A stretch of DNA of 64,000 bases. Origin: an uncultured Acidobacteriota bacterium. GTDB lineage: Bacteria; Acidobacteriota; Thermoanaerobaculia; Multivoradales; SZUA-115. Every line of letters begins with the position of its first letter. Position 1 is the first letter of the stretch. A program made the position numbers and the translations under genes. Positions 59,036-64,000 of this stretch are shown here, piece after piece. The stretch covers positions 384,001 to 448,000 of the forward strand of contig CAWDVR010000002.1 of NCBI GenBank assembly GCA_963805975.1, written 5' to 3'. The notes under the pieces were generated by a model that searched no databases, was not told the DNA's origin, and worked only from the letters and a program-made list of their open reading frames with translations.

Positions 59036-59614
59036 CTACTGGCTGGTGAGCACCTTTTCGATCCGCTTGTCCGGCACCAGCCACATCACGGCCACCAGCA
59101 CGTACAGCGCGCAGGACAGCCGGCGATCGACCAAGGTCAGCAGGATCGCCACGGCGTAGATCACCACCGACACCTTGCCCTTGAAGTCGCTGCCGATGGC
59201 GGCGGCGAGGCGAGAGCTCTTGCCGTGGTGAGCGATCAGCACCTGCGCCAGGATGAAGTAGGCGACGCCCGCCATGAGCAGCACCCCGCCATAGGCCGCC
59301 ACCGGCCAGGGAGCGAAATGGCTCTCCCCCATCCAGCTCGTGGCGAAGGGGACCAGCGACAGCCAGAACAGCAGGTGCAGGTTGGCCCACAGCGTGGGCC
59401 CATTGACGTGGGCGACCGCCTGCAACAGGTGGTGGTGGTTGTTCCAGTAGATGCCGAGGTAGATGAAGCTCAGCACGTAGGAGAGGAAGATCGGGAAGAG
59501 CGGCCGGAGCGCCGCGAGGCTCGCCTCGTGCGGCGCCCTGAGCTCGAGCACCATGATGGTGATGAGGATGGCGATCACGCCATCGCTGAACGCCTCCAAG
59601 CGGCCCTTGCTCAT
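59036..59614 (-). CDS. TMEM175-family (DUF1211) potassium channel
   Basis: RLEAFSDGVIAILITIMVLE, SYVLSFIYLGIYWNNHHH, LVPFATSW. Confidence 0.92.
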   Translation of the reverse strand: MSKGRLEAFSDGVIAILITIMVLELRAPHEASLAALRPLFPIFLSYVLSFIYLGIYWNNHHHLLQAVAHVNGPTLWANLHLLFWLSLVPFATSWMGESHFAPWPVAAYGGVLLMAGVAYFILAQVLIAHHGKSSRLAAAIGSDFKGKVSVVIYAVAILLTLVDRRLSCALYVLVAVMWLVPDKRIEKVLTSQ

Positions 59615-60237
59615 CGGGCGCTCTCCACCCTACCTCCGGCCGTCGCACGCACTGGCCAGAGGGCCGCCAGCAGCAGCCAGAGCGCGACCAGGAGAAGCAG
59701 CGGGAAGAGGAAGCTCGCTTGCAGGATTCCCAAGGCGACGACCAGGGGCGCTGCCGCGCCGTGCGCCACCGCGCCCAGGATCCCGAGCCAGGCGATCCAG
59801 GGCGAGCCCAGGACGCGGTCACGAGCTCCCGCCAGGATCAACCCCACGGTCGTCACCGCGAAGATAGGGTAGAGGACCACCGCCAGCCACAGGTGAATGG
59901 TGAGGATGGGCGTGGCTCTCCCGGCCATCAGGTTGGCGTGATCGACGGACGAGGCGGTGTGGAAGGCCATCTCGACCGCCTGGAGGGCGGTCCCGATCAC
60001 CGCATAGCGGACCCAGGTCCGCGTCCTGTCGGGCAGGGAGCCGGCACGCTCGAAAAGAATCAATCCGACGAGCATCGCCACGAAGCCGGCGAGCAGCAGG
60101 GCATGAGACGGCACCCACTTGGGGTGCGCGAGCATCTCTCCCATCGTCCCTTGCGGATGCTGCGGTCCACCGATCATCATCAGCAGCGCCGAGAGGATGA
60201 AGAACAGGCGCCAGCCGGCAAAGCCAAGCGTTTTCAT
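59611..60237 (-). CDS. Hypothetical membrane protein
   Basis: About 6 hydrophobic segments; ATGA overlap with the TMEM175 gene. Confidence 0.75.
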   Translation of the reverse strand: MKTLGFAGWRLFFILSALLMMIGGPQHPQGTMGEMLAHPKWVPSHALLLAGFVAMLVGLILFERAGSLPDRTRTWVRYAVIGTALQAVEMAFHTASSVDHANLMAGRATPILTIHLWLAVVLYPIFAVTTVGLILAGARDRVLGSPWIAWLGILGAVAHGAAAPLVVALGILQASFLFPLLLLVALWLLLAALWPVRATAGGRVESAR

Positions 60238-60359
60238 AAGCTATCCCCGTGGCCAAAGGCCGGATATCGACCATGGCCGGCCCGAGCCATTCCGCTCTTG
60301 GCCGGCCCCCAGACTGCTCTGACGATTTGTGGCGGGAGTCTACACCGTCGGCGCAGCCT

Positions 60360-60770
60360 TCACTTGCGCTCCACGAGGTCCCACTTGTTGCCGTAGAGGT
60401 CGCGGAACACGACTACGAGGCCGTACGGTTCCTGACGTGGCTCTTCGGTGAGCTCGACGCCGTGCGACTTCAGGTGATGGTAGTCGGCCCAGAAGTCGTC
60501 GGTGTGGAGGAACAGGAACACGCGTCCCCCGGTCTGGTTGCCGACGTGGCTCAGTTGCTCCGGCGTGGCCGCCTTGGCGAGGAGCAGAGAGGCTCCTGGG
60601 GACGCCGCCGGCGCCACCACCACCCAGCGCTTGCCGGCACCGAGGGGGGTGTCTTCCACCAGCGCGAAGCGAAGGGCCTCGGTGAAGAAAGAGATGGCCT
60701 CGTCGTAGTCGCGAACGACGAGCGTGAGACATGCGATCGATCGCGCCACGGACACCTCCCCTTCTCTCAT
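60360..60770 (-). CDS. VOC/glyoxalase family protein
   Basis: LVVRDYDEAISFF, KRWVVVAP, GNQTGGRVFLFLHTDDF, EPYGLVVVFRDLYGNKWDL. Confidence 0.92.
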   Translation of the reverse strand: MREGEVSVARSIACLTLVVRDYDEAISFFTEALRFALVEDTPLGAGKRWVVVAPAASPGASLLLAKAATPEQLSHVGNQTGGRVFLFLHTDDFWADYHHLKSHGVELTEEPRQEPYGLVVVFRDLYGNKWDLVERK

Positions 60771-60861
60771 GCAGGCGTGCTCTCGTTCCAGAGTCTACGC
60801 CGAGGCCGGCGAGCCCACGATCCCCGATACGACGGCCGGAGCACGAGCCGGCGCCGAGATT

Positions 60862-61285
60862 TCAGCCTCGCCGCTTCGTCAGTTCACCGCGAAATCGAAG
60901 CCCTCCGTCGGGTCCCCTGTGACCACGATGTTCGCCACCGGAAAGCGTGTCGAGCAGGCCGAAGGCGAGCGTTGCCATGGAGTCGTGAGCGCTCAGCTCG
61001 TCGGTGAAGACCCCGTTGACGAAGTACACCGTGGCCTTCTTCGGGTTCTCTCCACACACCGCCTTCGCTCTCACCGCACGCTGCCGGACACACGCCGGTC
61101 TGCAGATCCTCGACCGTGATCTCCACCGCCAGGTTGGTGAGGCCGGCGGCGAAGGCCCAGAAGCGGCTGTTGGCGCCGCAGGCGTCGAGCACCTTGATGA
61201 CGAACTCCACGTTGGTGCTCTGGAAGAACCGGAAGTAGCCGGTGTCGTTGGTCAGCTTCACCACGCGCCCGACACCGCTCTGCCC
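60862..61285 (-). pseudogene. Remnant of a secreted-protein domain of the GYFWFF..NVE..KVLDAC type, followed by a second fragment
   Basis: [50 protein letters not shown] with no signal peptide or SD; shifts into VYFVNGVFT..; abuts the aminotransferase stop. Confidence 0.6.
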
Positions 61286-61341
61286 GGTAAGGATGTGTGT
61301 CCTTCAGAGGACAGACGCGACAACGAGTCGTCGATCAGGCC

Positions 61342-64000
61342 TTACGCAAGCTCGCCCAGCACGCGATCGAGCGTCTCGACGAGGAAGCCCGCGTCCCGCT
61401 CCGCGAGGCACATCGGCGGCCGGATCTTGAGGACATTGTGGAGGGGCCCGTCGGTGCCGGCGAGGATGCCGATCTCCCGCAGCCGGTTCACCACGTACGC
61501 GGCCTCCTCGGCCGCCGGCTCGAGGGTGGCGCGGTCCCGCACCAGCTCGAGGCCCAGGAAGAATCCTCGGCCGCGCGCGTCTCCCGCCAGAGCGTGGCGC
61601 TCCACGAGCCCGCGGAGGCCGGCCAGCAGGCGCTCGCCGACCTGCCGGGCGTTCTCCTGCAAGCCTTCCTCTTCGAGCACCTCGAGCACCGCCAGGCCGG
61701 CGGCGCAGGCCACGGGGTTGCCGCCGAAGGTCGCAAACAGCTCCATGCCATTGTCGAACGCGGCGGCGATCTCCGGCGTGGTCACCACCGCCGCCAGCGG
61801 GAAGCCGTTGCCGATCGGCTTGCCCAGGATCACGACATCGGGAACCACGCCCTGCATCTGGAACCCCCAGAAGTGGCTGCCGAGCCGGCCGAAGCCGGTC
61901 TGCACCTCGTCCGCCAGGGCGAGGCCGCCCGCGGCGCGGACGAGACGGTAGGCCGCCGCCAGGTAGCCGGGCGGCGGCACGATCTGCCCACCGACGCTGG
62001 GCAGGGTCTCGGCGAGGAAGCCGGCGAGCCTGCCTCCTTGCGTGGCGATCTCCGCCGCCAGCTCCCCCACGTGCCGCGCGAACTTGGGGCCCGCCTCCGG
62101 GTCGGCGCGCTTGTAGGGGCCGCGGTAGTCGTCCGGGATCGGCGCCACGTTTACCCAGGCCTTGCGGCCGGCGCCGCCGGGGCCCGCGAACTTGTAGGGC
62201 GAGGCGTCGATCAGCGTCGTCGTGTGCCCATGGTAGGCGGCGTCCAGCACGATCAGGTCCTCGCCGCCGGTCGCCGCCCGCGCGAGGCGCAGCGCCAGCT
62301 CGTTCGCCTCGCTGCCCGAGCTGACGAAGAAACAGACGGACAGCGACGCCGGCAGCAGGGTCGTGAGCCGCTCGGCGTAGCGTGCGATGGTGTCGTGCAG
62401 GTAGCGGGTGTTGGTGTTGAGCAGCGCGAGCTGCCGGCTCGCGGCCCCCACCACGCGCGGGTGGCTGTGCCCCACGTGCGGCACGTTGTTGTAGACGTCG
62501 AGAAAGGCGCGGCCGGTGTCGTCGTAGAGGTAGGAGCCGAAACCGCGCACGATCTTCAGCGGCCGGCGGTAGGAGAGCCGTACGCTGCCGCCGATCCGCG
62601 CCCGGCGTGCCGCGAACGTTTCCTCGAATCCCGGCTCGCGGGGCGGGAACCGCTCTGCCGGAACGCCGGCCACGAGGTTCGCGTCGGGCGAGAGCGCCGT
62701 CCACACCGCGCGCTGGCTGGCGTAGGCCACGCCCGGAAAGTCGCGGCCCATCTCCAGCAGATCGAGGATCACCTGGAGGTGGAGGTGCGGCGGCCAGTCG
62801 CCGTTGGCGGGCGGCGAGCCCACGCGGCCGATGACCTCGCCGGCGGCAACGCTCTGGCCCACGGCGAGCTTTCCGAGAGTTCCCTCGTCCAGGTGCCCGT
62901 AGAGCGTGAAGAACGGCTGGCCCTCGTCCGTCGCGTGGCTCAATACGATCAGCGGGCCGTAGTCCTTGGGAGCGGCGTTGTTCGCCAGGCAGACCACGGT
63001 GCCGGGAAGCGGCGCCTTGACCGGCGCGCCGGCCGCGACGAAGAGGTCCAGACCCAGGTGGATGGTGCGGCGCTCTTCGGTGGGGTGCTGATCCGCGCCG
63101 AAAGCGGCGGCGGTGTAGAGCAGCCGCGGCTCGTCGTAGCGGCCGACGGCGAGGGCCGCACCCGCGCGCCGCATCTCGCGCCAGACAATCTCGGTGAGCG
63201 GCGCGGTCTCGACCGCTCGCGGATCGGCGCCGAGGAGCAGGCTCGAGACCGAGAGGTCCACCACCACGCTCGGCGCCGTGCGCGGGTCGGGGTCGATCAC
63301 CGGCGCGAAGGAAGCGGCCTTCTCCCGAAGCCAGGCCACGAAGCGCTCCCCGCCCGGCACCGGCGGCAGGCCGCAAGCGTGGCGCAACGTGTAGTGCGCA
63401 AACCGGGGGTGGATGCCGGCGAGCCTCCGCAAGGCTTCCCAGGCCTGCGGCTCGCTCACCGTGACGTAGGGATCGTCCGGCTTCGCCTCCTTGACCAGCG
63501 CGGAGTTGACCACGCTGACCGCGAGTCGCATGGCGATCAGCGGGAAGAGCACCGCGATCTCCTGCTCACCGAGCGGACGCTCGGCGTGGTAGCCCGCCAC
63601 CACCCGCGCCGCCGTGGCCAGCGGGTCGCTCTCGCCGAACAGAGTGTAGGCGGCGGCCACCGCCGGCTCGGCCACCAGCACGGTCTCGTGCAGGTCGCCG
63701 AAGTCGATCACCGAAGCGACCTGCCGCGGCTCGGTACGGACCTCTGAGATCAGCACGTTGTGGTCGTTGGCGTCGCCATGGATCACGCCTCGCGGCAGCG
63801 CAGGCAGAGCCGGCACCACCTCCGCCTCGTAGAGCGCCAGGAACCGCTCGACGAGCCCGCGCTCCTCGCCCGGCTCGAGCCGCGAGAGATGCTCGCGCAC
63901 CCAGCCGGCACCGGCGAGGTCCCATTTGAAGTGGCGCAACGCGGCAGGATGATGGAAGCTCGCGAGCGCGGATCCCATGCGGCCGAGGAAGCGCCCGAGG
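61342..64000 (-). CDS. Fusion of APH-like kinase, M23 peptidase-like and class III PLP aminotransferase domains (phospho-lyase-like); runs off the right edge
   Basis: IHGDANDHN and IDFGD; HLGLDLF..YGHL..HLHLQ; [38 protein letters not shown]. Confidence 0.9.
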   Translation of the reverse strand, partial: LGRFLGRMGSALASFHHPAALRHFKWDLAGAGWVREHLSRLEPGEERGLVERFLALYEAEVVPALPALPRGVIHGDANDHNVLISEVRTEPRQVASVIDFGDLHETVLVAEPAVAAAYTLFGESDPLATAARVVAGYHAERPLGEQEIAVLFPLIAMRLAVSVVNSALVKEAKPDDPYVTVSEPQAWEALRRLAGIHPRFAHYTLRHACGLPPVPGGERFVAWLREKAASFAPVIDPDPRTAPSVVVDLSVSSLLLGADPRAVETAPLTEIVWREMRRAGAALAVGRYDEPRLLYTAAAFGADQHPTEERRTIHLGLDLFVAAGAPVKAPLPGTVVCLANNAAPKDYGPLIVLSHATDEGQPFFTLYGHLDEGTLGKLAVGQSVAAGEVIGRVGSPPANGDWPPHLHLQVILDLLEMGRDFPGVAYASQRAVWTALSPDANLVAGVPAERFPPREPGFEETFAARRARIGGSVRLSYRRPLKIVRGFGSYLYDDTGRAFLDVYNNVPHVGHSHPRVVGAASRQLALLNTNTRYLHDTIARYAERLTTLLPASLSVCFFVSSGSEANELALRLARAATGGEDLIVLDAAYHGHTTTLIDASPYKFAGPGGAGRKAWVNVAPIPDDYRGPYKRADPEAGPKFARHVGELAAEIATQGGRLAGFLAETLPSVGGQIVPPPGYLAAAYRLVRAAGGLALADEVQTGFGRLGSHFWGFQMQGVVPDVVILGKPIGNGFPLAAVVTTPEIAAAFDNGMELFATFGGNPVACAAGLAVLEVLEEEGLQENARQVGERLLAGLRGLVERHALAGDARGRGFFLGLELVRDRATLEPAAEEAAYVVNRLREIGILAGTDGPLHNVLKIRPPMCLAERDAGFLVETLDRVLGELA

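Overview
High-GC bacterial chromosomal region. Two ADOP-type orphan permeases, an Oar-like TonB receptor and a C-terminal FxDGFESGD motif suggest Acidobacteriota, probably Thermoanaerobaculia (inference). It holds about 50 genes: secreted enzymes and surface proteins, a Ser/Thr kinase, two-component systems, three toxin-antitoxin pairs, an AddAB-like helicase-nuclease, gluQ, glsA, mltA, a type II pantothenate kinase and two REP-like palindromes. No rRNA, tRNA, CRISPR array or transposase was recognised. The best candidate for an undescribed system is a ComQXP-like locus at 4117-9803: a Trp-containing 71-aa ORF, a ComQ-like isoprenyl transferase lacking IPP-binding motifs, a PDZ/multi-TM histidine kinase, and a divergent REC-EAL protein that could give c-di-GMP output. 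The second is an ECF sigma / ZAS anti-sigma / unannotated 59-aa peptide / exported TPR-CHAT protease cassette at 24766-28928, divergent from a TonB receptor. Several genes carry single-base frameshifts that look like assembly errors. All family calls come from motifs read by eye; no database searches were run.
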